A stretch of DNA of 64,000 nt, from contig CAWBBN010000029.1 in NCBI GenBank assembly GCA_963787035.1, positions 20,617 through 84,616 of the forward strand. The letters run 5' to 3'. Source of the DNA: Vicinamibacteria bacterium (GTDB lineage Bacteria; Acidobacteriota; Vicinamibacteria; Vicinamibacterales; JAENWD01). How positions within the stretch are numbered: position 1 is the stretch's first letter; the number at the start of each line of letters is the position of its first letter. The notes under the pieces were generated by a model. It was not told the origin of the DNA. It worked only from the letters and a program-made list of their open reading frames with translations, and ran no database searches. Shown piece by piece: positions 12,341-21,547 of the stretch. The translations under genes were made by a program, and so were the position numbers.

Positions 12341-14431
12341 GGACGAGGCAGCTCTTTCACAGCACTTTCTGGAGCAGTTTCAGGCGTGAATTGAATGTCA
12401 AGCGCGTAGTGGGAAAACCACGCCATTTCCGCGTTGAATTTTGACAGCTGATGGCGCAGTTCCTGCCACCCGTGCCCTTCGCGCGGGGCGACATACAAGT
12501 GCGTCGGCACGCCGAGACTCTTCAGCGCGCGGAACATCTCGACCGACTGCGGCAGCGGCACGCGCGGATCGTCCTGGCCGACGAAGAAAATCGTCGGGGT
12601 CTTCACGTTCGAGACGTACTTCAGCGGCGAGTTCTCCCAGTAGTTGTCGATCGGCGCTCCGGCCTGCCAGGGCGTGCCGCCAAACCAGGGCGTCCGGTAG
12701 CTGCGGATGTCGCTTTGCGCGTACATCGAAACCCAGTCGGCAGCGCCGGCGCCTGAAGACGCGGCCTTGAAGCGGTTCGTGAAGGTGATGACTTTATTGG
12801 TCATATGCCCTCCGGCGCTCCAACCCATCTTGATGAGGCGATCGGGGTCTGCCAGGCCTTGAGCGACGAGCCAGTCGACGCCCGAGAGGACGTCCAGGTG
12901 GGCGCTGCGGAAGTAGTGGCCGACCATGTCGCGGAGGAACGCGTTGCCGTACCCGGTGCTGCCGCGGTAATTCGGCCGAAATACGAAGCAATTTCTGCCG
13001 GCGAGCACCTGGGCGTAGCTGAGCCGGCCGCCCCAGCCGAACTGGTCGGAGCTGGCCGGGCCGCCGTGCGTCTGGACGACGGCGGGATACTTCCGACCGG
13101 CCACGTAATCGACCGGATAGAACAACAGACCCTCGACGAGCTGCCCGTCGGGCGCCTTCCAGGAGACACGCTCCTGCCGGGCGATCTTGAATTGTTTGGT
13201 CAAATCACCAAATACGTCGGTGACGCGCTGGGGCCGTCCCGTCGATCAGCGTCCAGATCTCGCCGGGGCGCGCGGCCTCCTGCAGCACGAAAACGTGCCG
13301 GCCCGGACGAGGCCCCGTACGACCAGCCGTCGAGGGCGTGCTCGCCGTCGGTAATCTGCTTCGGGTCGTCGGGGCGCCGGAGGTCGATCGAGAAGATCTC
13401 AGAGTGGACGCCCATGTTGGCCACCAGGAGCACCGTCTGCGAATCGGCCCACGACGCCGCCTGGACTTCGTAGGGGAACTTCGGCGCGACGAGGCGCGCG
13501 GCGCCACCGCCGACGGGCACGGTGAAGACGGCGGACTGGTAGTACGAGTCGAACGTCGCGCTCGCGGCGGCGCGGAAGAGAATCGTGGTGCCGTCCGGCG
13601 ACACCGACGCGTCCTCCTCGGCCACGCCGTTGGAGGTCAGCGCGGTCGCCCCCGATCCGTCGGCCTTCATCGTCCAGACCTCGCCGTGCTCGGCGTCGCC
13701 GAGGAGCGGCGTCGGCGCGCGCTCGAAGACCAGACGCGTGCCGTCCGGCGAGACCCGGTACGACGTCACGGACGACTCGCCCGTCGTCAGGCGCGTCTCC
13801 TTGCCGGTGGCGACGTCGATCGACCACAGCTGACGCTGCTTGAACTGCTCGTCGGTACTGAAATACGTCGTCTTTTTTGCGACCCCGGGCACGCTCCTCA
13901 ATCGTCTTGGCCTCGTCGGCAAGGAAGTAGATGCGGCTGCCGTCCGGCGACCACTGGATCGCGGACACTGCCGTCACGTGCGCAGAAAGCGCGCGCGCCT
14001 CTCCGCCCGCCATCGGCAGCAACTGCACCTGCGTGTCGTCCTCCTCGCCGCGCTTGGCAAGAAATGCCAGCGTTCGGCCGTCGGGGGACCACCGCGGGCT
14101 CGACTCTCCGCGTTCGCCGCGCGTGAGCTGCTCCGGGTGCTGACCGTCGATCCCGATGCGCCAGATGTGCCCGATGCGCTTGTTCTGACTCCAATCCGGG
14201 GCGTCCTGCACGTAGGCCACGGTGAGGCCGTCCGGTGAAAGTTGCGGGTCGGAGAGCGCCGGAAGCGCCAGCAGGTCCAGAAACGTCATCGGGCGGGGCG
14301 CCTGCCCTGCTTCCGCCGAAGGAGCCTTGCGCTGAGCCGGTCGAAGACCGAGGCGCTGAATTCTCAGAAGGCGGATTGGCAGCATCCGCGCCGATAATGA
14401 GGCTGGCCACAAGGGGCACCATCAGAAACAT
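12337..14431 (-). pseudogene. S9 family serine peptidase (prolyl oligopeptidase/acylaminoacyl-peptidase type) with N-terminal beta-propeller (>=4 apparent frameshifts)
   Basis: Signal-like MFLMVPLVASLIIGA. Propeller repeats: SPDGLTVAYV, SPRWSPDGRTLAFL, IQWSPDGSRIYFL (ORF 13399-14412); YRVSPDGTRLVF, SVSPDGTTILF (13200-13922). Catalytic domain in ORF 12337-13203: HGGPASSD, GWSAGGHMT (GxSxGG), FFVGQDDPRVP, EGHGW. Confidence 0.9.
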
Positions 14432-14438
14432 GGGCGCG

Positions 14439-14444
14439 ATTATG
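14439..14444 (-). promoter_or_regulatory. -10-like hexamer CATAAT, 7 nt upstream of the ATG at 14431 (leaderless geometry)
   Basis: Minus strand reads ggCATAATcgcgcccATG with no purine-rich SD in between. The same bases on the plus strand contain the ATG at 14442. Confidence 0.35.
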
Positions 14445-15361
14445 CCAGCCGTCAGGCTGGACCGGTGTGAGCAAGCGGTTTGGGAACCACCTGGCGGTGG
14501 ACGACCTGACTCTCGAAGTGCCGGTGGGCTCCGTCTACGGGTTCATCGGGCCGAACGGGTCGGGCAAGACGACCACCCTCCGGATGATCCTGCACATCCT
14601 CCTGCCGGATTCCGGGCGGATCGAAGTGCTGGGGGACAGCCGGACGGCGATCGTCCGCGACAAAATAGGTTATCTGCCAGAAGAACGCGGCCTCTACAAG
14701 AAAATGACGGTCAGGCGGCTGCTTCGCTACTACGGCGAGTTGAAAGGCGCCACCAGGGCGCAGGTGGACCACGAGATTTCCAGGTGGATCGACCAAATCG
14801 AATTGCGCCCGTGGCTGGACGCGAAGATCGAGGCGCTCTCGAAAGGCATGTCCCAGAAAGTGCAGTTCATCGCGGCGGTGGTATCGCGGCCCGAGCTGGT
14901 GATCCTCGACGAGCCGTTTTCGGGCCTCGACCCCGTAAACGCCGACGTGCTGCGCGACGCGATCGACATCCTCCGCAAGGCCGGCACCACCATCGTCTTC
15001 AGCACCCACGACATGAACGTCGCCGAGCGGATGTGCGACCGGATCTTCATGATCTTCCGCGGCCGGAAGGTGCTCGACGGGACGCTCGACGAAATCCAGT
15101 CGGACTACGGGAACGACCTGGTCCGGGTCGGGGTCGACGGATCCGCGGCGGCGCTCTCGGCCGTGCCGGGCGTGGTGGGCGCTGTCGACCCGCGGCGCGC
15201 TGCACGAGCTGAAGTTCACCGGCGATCCTCAGGCGCTGCTCGCGGCGATCGTGGCGCGGATGCCCGTCCGGCACTTCGAGATTGCCCGGCCGTCGCTGCA
15301 CGACATCTTCGTCGGCATCGCCCGGCCGACGCCCGAAGAGATGGAGGTCCAGAGTGCGTAG
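14442..15361 (+). pseudogene. ABC transporter ATP-binding protein (2 apparent frameshifts: extra T at 14466, second near 15188)
   Basis: MPAVRLDR / VSKRFGNHLAVDDLTLEV. Walker A GPNGSGKTT, signature LSKGMSQK, Walker B LVILDEPFSGLD, H-loop STHDM. Tail in a third frame: RGALHELKFTGDPQALLAAIVARMPVRHFEIARPSLHDIFVGIA..EVQSA-stop. Confidence 0.92.
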
Positions 15362-16709
15362 GGTCTTCATCATCGCCAAGTCCGAGTTCCAGACTGCGGT
15401 CCGCGCGCGGGGATTCCTCGTCGGCATCATGCTCATGCCGATCCTCTTCGGCGGCGCGGTCGTGCTGCAGCGCGTGGTCGAGCGACAGGCGAACCAGACG
15501 TTCCGCCGCGTCGCGGTCCTCGACAACACAGGCCAGCTCTTCGCGCCGCTCGAGACGGCCGTAGAGGCGTGGAATCGCGGCGAGCGCGACCTCGGCCCGA
15601 AGGTCGCGGAGGGCCCGCAGTTCACGCTGGAGTCGATCCCGCCGCCCGCGCCGGCCGACCGGGACGCGCTCCTGCTGTCGCTGTCGCAACGCGTGCGCAC
15701 CCAGGACCTCTTTGCGTTCGTCGAGCTGCCCGCCGGCCTGATCGGCAACGAGCCGGACGCGAGGATTCGGTACTACTCTGGCGCGCCCGCGTACCGCGAG
15801 TTGCCCGACTGGCTGCAGCGCGCGGTGCTCAAGGAGGCCGTCAAGCGCCGTTTCGAGCAGGCGCACGTCAGCCCGCTCGTCGTCGCGGCGCTGCTGAAGC
15901 CGATCGCCATCGAGCAGCTCGGCCTGCTGGATCGCACCGCCGAGGGCGGCGTGCGGGCGGCGGTGGAAGTCGACGGCATTCGAACGGTCGGCATTCCGCT
16001 CGGGTTCATGTTCCTGCTCTTCCTGATCGTCGTGATGACGACGCCACAGCTGCTGAACAGCGTGCTGGAAGAGAAGATGAGCCGCATCAGCGAGGTGCTG
16101 CTGGGCGCGGTCACGCCGTTCGAGCTGATGCTCGGCAAGCTGCTGGCCAGCACCGCCGTCTCCGCGGTGATGACGCTCGTGTACCTGATCGGCGGCGCCT
16201 GGGCGGCGCATCGCTGGGGCTACCTCGACGCGCTCGATCCGCGGCTGCTCGCCTGGTTCGTCATGTTCCTCGTGCTGTCCGTGCTGGCCTACGGCGCGAT
16301 GTTCATCGCGATTGGATCGGCATGCAGCGACCTGCGCGACGCGCAGAACCTCATGACGCCCGCGATGATGATGCTCATGATTCCGGCGCTCACCTGGACG
16401 CTCGTCGCGAAGGCGCCGCAGAGCGCGTTCTCGGTGGGCGCGTCTCTCTTCCCGCCGGCGACTCCGTTCCTGATGCTGCTGCGCCTGGCGCTCCCCGAAC
16501 GTCCGCCAGCCTGGCAGGTGGCGCTTGGCGTCGCACTGACGCTCGCCGCCACAGCCCTCGTCGTCTGGGCCGCCGGCCGCATCGTCCGGGTCGGACTGCT
16601 GATGCAGGGCAAGGCCGTTCGGCTGGGCGAGCTGTGGCAGTGGATTCGCGGCATGACGGTTGCCGGTTGCGGATTGCGGGTGCGATTGCGGGTTGCGGGT
16701 TGCGGTTGA
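15354..16709 (+). CDS. ABC-2 type transporter permease (intact ORF)
   Basis: GTG at 15354 gives VRRVFIIAKSEFQTAVRARGFLVGIMLMPILFGG and overlaps the ATPase stop by 8 nt. A large extracytoplasmic loop is followed by five or six TM segments (IPLGFMFLLFLIVVMTT, VSAVMTLVYLIGGAWAA, AWFVMFLVLSVLAYGAMFIAIGS, MMMLMIPALTW). The last ~17 codons (AGCGLRVRLRVAGCG) translate the 16658 repeat. Confidence 0.85.
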   Translation: MRRVFIIAKSEFQTAVRARGFLVGIMLMPILFGGAVVLQRVVERQANQTFRRVAVLDNTGQLFAPLETAVEAWNRGERDLGPKVAEGPQFTLESIPPPAPADRDALLLSLSQRVRTQDLFAFVELPAGLIGNEPDARIRYYSGAPAYRELPDWLQRAVLKEAVKRRFEQAHVSPLVVAALLKPIAIEQLGLLDRTAEGGVRAAVEVDGIRTVGIPLGFMFLLFLIVVMTTPQLLNSVLEEKMSRISEVLLGAVTPFELMLGKLLASTAVSAVMTLVYLIGGAWAAHRWGYLDALDPRLLAWFVMFLVLSVLAYGAMFIAIGSACSDLRDAQNLMTPAMMMLMIPALTWTLVAKAPQSAFSVGASLFPPATPFLMLLRLALPERPPAWQVALGVALTLAATALVVWAAGRIVRVGLLMQGKAVRLGELWQWIRGMTVAGCGLRVRLRVAGCG

Positions 16710-16757
16710 AAGCGCGATCAACCCGTAACCCGCAATCGACAACCCGCAATCATCCCG
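16658..16757. repeat. inverted pair of heptamer arrays (GGTTGCG/GATTGCG type, then CCCGCAA type) filling a convergent intergenic gap
   Basis: Left arm 16658-16707: GGTTGCC GGTTGCG GATTGCG GGTGCGA TTGCGGG TTGCGGG TTGCGGT. Loop gaaagcgcgat. Right arm 16719-16757: caacccgtaacccgcaatcgacaacccgcaatcatcccg. Lies between the stops at 16709 (+) and 16758 (-). Confidence 0.85.
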
Positions 16758-18117
16758 TCACTTCCAGAGCCGGCGCCACCACGCTACCTCCTCTGCGGCC
16801 GCCGGCATTCCCGCCTGCTTCCTGATGTCCTCGATTTTCCAGCCAGTGAGCGAGGCGAGCGCCTGCGCCTCGCGCTCGTGACGGTCGGGCAGCGACCGGC
16901 GATACTGCTCCGCGGCGGGACACGTATCTCCGCCGCTCCAGTCGTGGCGCAGGACGTAGCGCCCCTGGAAGTTCTCGCGATCGCCGGTCTGCTGGAAGAC
17001 GAGGTCCTCAGGGAAGTGCGCGCCGTCGTAGCGGAGATGCAACCGCGTGACGAAGACGTCGCGCGGCCCGGCGGGTCTCGCGTAGGCCGGACCAACGTTC
17101 GGCGGGCGGCTGAAGCGTGCAGATCCCGGATCGAGCCAGAACACCCCGAGCGTCCGCAACTCGTCGTCCGACAGCGGATCCGCCGAGCAGGGATCGCACC
17201 AGCCCATGTCCCAGGCGTACTCGAGGAAGACCGCCCGCATGTCCTCGAGGCGGACCATGTGATCGAACATCGCGCGGTAGAACGGCGCAAACCGTTCCTT
17301 CGTCGACGCCGGCAGCGTCCATTCCTGACGGCAGCTTCACGGTCCGGTAGTTCGTGGTCTCGACGCGTCCCGACCGCGTGAGCGCGTAGATGAACAGCTC
17401 CTGCGTGCCCGACGAGTTCACGGTGCCAAGCCGGATCGGCAACATGAACTTCGGCGACTCGTACGCCACCTGCAGCGGACGCAGGAATGCGTAGCCGAGG
17501 CGCGACTGTTCCTTGACGTTCACTTTGGCCACGAAGAACCGCATGTTCTGCCTGATGTAGCTGCCGAGCACCGGCCCGGCGCCGGCGGGCATGCGATAGC
17601 CGTTCGACGTGAGCCACGTCTCGAGGCCGCTGCTCTGCGCCGCCGAGAGAATGACGATGTCGTATTCGCCGACGGTGTACTGGGCCTCGATCGTGACGCC
17701 GAGCGCCTTCGCGCGCTCTTTCACGGCGTCGACGGCCAGGCCGGCCGCCGACGGCATCGCCATGTTCTCCGACATCTTGTAGACCCGGCACGGATCCTCG
17801 TCGAAGTACTCGACCAGCCTCGGCGCGGTATACGCGTCGACGTGATCGACGAGCGACTTCTCGGCGACGTGGATCTGATCGCGCGTGATGAAGGTCGGGA
17901 CGGGAATCACGACGGCGAACTCTTTCGGATCGCCCTTGAAGTCGTTGGCCATCGTCAGCACGGTGCGATCGCCGTCGCGCACGAGGATGACCTGGGACGC
18001 CTGGTTGAAGATCGTCGTGTCGGCACGGGCGACATAGAAGCCGCAGAACGCGCCGAGCGGCTCAGCGAAGGCCCAGAGACACGCGGCCAGCGGAATGAGG
18101 AACAGGAAACGGCGCAT
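16758..18117 (-). pseudogene. DUF2330 family secreted protein (1 apparent frameshift near 17290-17330)
   Basis: MRRFLFLIPLAACLWAFAEPLGAFCGFYVARADTTIFNQASQVILVRDGDRTVLTMANDFKGDPKEFAVVIPVP..GEYDIVILSAAQSSGLETWLTSNGYRMPAG..FFVAKVN (ORF 17008-18258) joins MFDHMVRLEDMRAVFLEYAWDMGWCDPCSADPLSDDELRTLGVFWL (ORF 16758-17270). The family assignment is from memory of the GFCGFYV / CDPC pattern. Confidence 0.7.
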
Positions 18118-19024
18118 GGGGAACCTCAACGGGTTGCGGATTGTCGGTTGCGGGTTGCGGTCGATTGATGGTTGCGGGTTGTTGGCGATTGCGGGCTGGC
18201 GAAGCCAGTCTCGCCGAAGCGGCGAAGCCGCGAAGGCGGACCACACGTAGCCGCTCACCAGGGAATCGCCAGTCGAGAATCGGAACGACGAACGAGCAGA
18301 GCGCGAGTGACCAGAGCAGGCCGTTGGTGCGGAACAGGCGGAACTGCACGTAGTACGCGCCGGCCGCGACGAGCGCGGCGAACAGCAGCCGGCCGATTCG
18401 CGAATCGGGCGTGGTCTTCGGATCCGAGATCATGAAGAACGCGAACAGCAGCAGCCCGCCGTTCTCGAGCCGGTGCAGCGGAATCGCGATCGGATCGCCA
18501 AGCCAGACCGCGCGGCCGATCTGAAGGGCGACGAACGTCGCGAGGAACCCGAGCGTGACGTCCGCGCGCGCGGCCCGCGTGACGACGAGGCCGCCGAGGC
18601 AGGCCATCAGAAAGGCGAACCAGGCGAGGCTGCCCCACTGGCCGGGAGAGACCCAGACGCGGTCGGTCAGCAGCAAGAGGACGACGAGCGCGAGATTGGT
18701 GGGGTTGAACAGGTGCTTGCCCTGATGCCGCACCACGAACTTGCTGGCGATCGCGATGACCGCCGCAGCGGCGGCGAGCCACCAGTCGCTGGTGCGAAGC
18801 AGCAGCGTGAGCGAGAACGCCGAGATCAGGGGGCTGAGCGGATCGAATCGCGAAAGGCGGCTCAGCCGGGTGCAGACCCACTGGGTGGCAAGCGCGCTGG
18901 CAACCAGCAACGCCGTGCGGCCGGCAGTGACGTCGAAATCGAGCGCCAACCCGCCGTAGAGCAGCAGGCCGAACAGGATGGCCGATTGATAGACCCTCGG
19001 ATCGGGCCGCGCACCCGTCGCCAT
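18062..19024 (-). CDS. polytopic membrane protein related to the NQR2/RnfD/RnfE family; 3' end uncertain
   Basis: MATGARPDPRVYQSAILFGLLLYGGLALDF..FVVRHQGKHLFNPTNLALVVLLLL..FFMISDPKTTPDSRIGRLLFAALVAAGAYYVQFRLF..FVVPILDWRFPGE. The frame then reads through the 18131-18240 repeat arrays and 56 nt into the next gene without a stop, so the true stop is probably hidden by an indel near 18255. Confidence 0.55.
   Translation of the reverse strand: MATGARPDPRVYQSAILFGLLLYGGLALDFDVTAGRTALLVASALATQWVCTRLSRLSRFDPLSPLISAFSLTLLLRTSDWWLAAAAAVIAIASKFVVRHQGKHLFNPTNLALVVLLLLTDRVWVSPGQWGSLAWFAFLMACLGGLVVTRAARADVTLGFLATFVALQIGRAVWLGDPIAIPLHRLENGGLLLFAFFMISDPKTTPDSRIGRLLFAALVAAGAYYVQFRLFRTNGLLWSLALCSFVVPILDWRFPGERLRVVRLRGFAASARLASPARNRQQPATINRPQPATDNPQPVEVPHAPFPVPHSAGRVSLGLR
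18131..18240. repeat. heptamer array (GGTTGCG type, 18131-18195) followed by an 8-mer array (CGAAGCNG type, 18196-18240)
   Basis: gggttgc ggattgt cggttgc gggttgc ggtcgat..ggttgcgggttgttggcgattgcgggc, then ggcgaagccagtctcgccgaagcggcgaagccgcgaaggcgg. Directly upstream of the DUF2330 start codon (18117). Confidence 0.8.
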
Positions 19025-19089
19025 GCCCTTTGAACGGGGCCGCTGCCGTTTCTTGCAGGCCGCCGGACACGGCCGGCCCGGCCGCGCGG

Positions 19090-19095
19090 TAAGAT
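19090..19095 (+). promoter_or_regulatory. -10-like hexamer TAAGAT, 6 nt upstream of the ATG at 19102 (leaderless geometry)
   Basis: ggTAAGATcagcccATG; no SD. Confidence 0.4.
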
Positions 19096-19101
19096 CAGCC
19101 C

Positions 19102-19551
19102 ATGACTCGCCGAACACTGCTCGCAGCCCTTTCGCTGGCGGCCCTCCTGGTCGCGACCGCGTCAGCCCAGGCCCCGGCGCTGACGAAGATGACGGTCTAC
19201 AAGTCGCCGACCTGCGGCTGCTGCGCCAAGTGGGTCGAGCACATGAAGAAGGCCGGGTTCGACCTGGCGGTGACCGACACCGACAACGTGTCGCTGATCA
19301 AGGCCGAGCACAAGGTGCCGTCCAACCTCGCGGCCTGCCACACCGCCATCGTCAATGGCTACGTCGTCGAGGGCCACGTGCCCGACGACGTGATCCGGAA
19401 GATGCTGGCGGAGAAGCCGAAGATTTCCGGGATCGCGGTCGCGGGCATGCCGATGGGCGCCCAGGGCATGGAGACCGAAGGCGTTCCGCAGAGCTACGAC
19501 GTGATGGCGTTCGACGCGACGGGCGCGTCGCACGTCTACGCCAAGAAATAG
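19102..19551 (+). CDS. DUF411 (CopG-like) periplasmic metal-binding protein
   Basis: 149-aa ORF with a signal peptide LLAALSLAALLVATASAQA. CGCC motif in YKSPTCGCCAKWVEHMKKAGF, plus AACHTAIVNGYVVEGHVP and GIAVAGMPMGAQGME. Confidence 0.8.
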   Translation: MTRRTLLAALSLAALLVATASAQAPALTKMTVYKSPTCGCCAKWVEHMKKAGFDLAVTDTDNVSLIKAEHKVPSNLAACHTAIVNGYVVEGHVPDDVIRKMLAEKPKISGIAVAGMPMGAQGMETEGVPQSYDVMAFDATGASHVYAKK

Positions 19552-19561
19552 CTGGCCGGCC

Positions 19562-21515
19562 GTGCGGCGCGTCGCCATCTGCCTCGCCGCGTTCGCGGTG
19601 ATCGTCATGGAGTCGGCAGGCCTGAAGGCCTGCGCGACATTCGAGGTGGAAGCCGCTCGGCCAACGCTCGCCCGCCGATCTCCCGAGTCCCGGATGACCC
19701 GCCACGATCAGCACAGCTTCGCCGAACCCGCCGACGCGCGCGTGACGCACGTCGCGATCGACCTCACCGCCGACTTCGAGGCGCATGTCTTCAGCGGCAC
19801 CGCGACGCTGACGGTGGAGGCCGTCCCGACCGCGAAGGAAGTCGTCCTCGACACGAAGACGCTGACGATCGAAGGCGCGACGGACCAGGCCGGCGAGCCC
19901 CTCGCGTTCCACCTGGATGCGGCGGATCCCATCCTTGGCCGTGCACTGCATGTCGCCCTGCCGGCCGATCGGCGGACCGTCGTCGTGAAGTACCGGACCA
20001 GTCCCGGCGCGGCCGCGCTGCAGTGGCTGCGCCCGTCTCAGACCGCCGGCGGCAAACATCCCGTACGTCTTCTCGCAAGGCGAGGCGATCCTCACGCGCA
20101 CGTGGATCCCGACGCAGGACAGCCCCGGCGTCCGCCAGACCTACGACGCGCGCATCGTCGTGCCTGCCGCGCTGCATGCGGTGATGAGCGCCGAGCAGCT
20201 CACGCCTGACGGCGAGGTCCTGGCCGGAGGACGTCAGCGCGCGTTTCGCTTCCGACTCGACAAGCCGGTCGCTCCGTACCTGATTGCGATCGCGATCGGC
20301 GACATCGTGTTCAAGGCGGTGGGCCCGCGATCCGGCGTGTACGCCGAGCCGTCGGTCGTCGACAAGGCCGCGTGGGAGTTCGCGGATCTCGAGAAGATGA
20401 TCGAAGCCGCCGAGTCGATCGGCGGGCCGTACGACTGGGGACGCTACGACGTGCTCGTGATGCCGCCGTCGTTCCCCTTCGGCGGCATGGAGAACCCGCG
20501 GCTCACGTTCGCGACGCCGACGGTCATCGCCGGCGATCGATCGCTGACCTCGCTCGTCGCGCACGAGCTCGCGCACTCGTGGTCCGGCAACCTCGTGACC
20601 AACGCGACGTGGAGCGACTTCTGGCTGAACGAAGGCTTCACGACGTACTTCGAGAACCGGATCATGGAGGCGCTCTACGGCGCCGACCGCGCCGAGATGC
20701 TGCAGGCACTCGGACGCCAGGATCTCGTCGCGCTCCTCGACGAGCTGAAGGACAAGCCCGGCGATCAGGTGCTGCACGTCGATCTCACGGGCCGCGACCC
20801 CGACGACGGCGCGACGATCGTGCCGTACGAGAAGGGCGCCGCATTCCTGCGGATGGTCGAGCAGCAGGTCGGCCGTCCGCGGTTCGATCCCTGGCTCCGC
20901 GGCTATTTCCAGCGGCACGCGTTCACGTCGCTCACCACCGATCAGTTCCTGGCCGACTTCCGCGAGTACCTCCTGCAGGACGATGCGGGACTCGAGGCGC
21001 GGATGCGGGTGGATGAGTGGCTCGAGAAGCCTGGCCTGCCGTCAAATGCGCCGGCGCCGCGGTCGGCGGCCTTCGATCGGGTCGACGAAGCGGCCCGCCG
21101 GTTCGCGGGCGGCGCCGCGCCGGGCAGTCTCGAGACGTCCGACTGGACAACGCAGCAGTGGCAGCGGTTCCTGTCCTCCCTTCCGGCCAGCCTGACGTCG
21201 GCCCAGATGGGGGCGCTCGACGCGGCGTTCCACTTCACCGGCTCGGGCAACAGCGAAATTCTGTTCACCTGGCTTCGCCTGGCCATTCCCCGGCATTACG
21301 AGCCGGCGGTGCCGGCCCTGGAACGGTTCCTGACCTCCCAGGGTCGCCGGAAGTTTTTGACCCCGCTCTACAAGGACTTATTGGCCAGCCGCTGGGGCAA
21401 AGAAGAAGCGAAACGCATCTACCTAAAGGCACGTCCGCTCTACCATTCCGTCGCGACGGCGACGCTGGACCCGATTGTCGGGGCCGGCGCCGGAGGATCT
21501 GCCTCCAGTCAGTAA
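19562..21515 (+). pseudogene. M1 family zinc aminopeptidase, leukotriene A4 hydrolase-like (1 apparent frameshift near 20060)
   Basis: RHDQHSFAEPADARVTHVAIDL; FGGMENP (GAMEN-type exopeptidase motif); HELAHSWSGN + WLNEGFT (HExxH-x18-E); C-terminal ARM-like WTTQQWQRFL. An alternative cytoplasmic start is the ATG at 19694; the start at 19562 adds a signal-like AICLAAFAVIV. Confidence 0.9.
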
Positions 21516-21547
21516 TCTCAGCCGGCTCACGTGCCGATAGGGATGCC

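Noticed and set aside
16658-16757. Whether the short tandem/inverted repeats (here and at the other nine loci) are CRISPR arrays.
   Set aside because: The units are 7-9 nt with no unique spacers between them, the arrays are under 110 nt, and no cas genes are present.
18131-18195. Repeat-encoded peptides (NPQP/IRNPQ, AGCGLRV, HGSMGPW etc.) as genuine repeat proteins.
   Set aside because: They appear only as extensions of ORFs into intergenic arrays, in whichever frame happens to be open, and on both strands.
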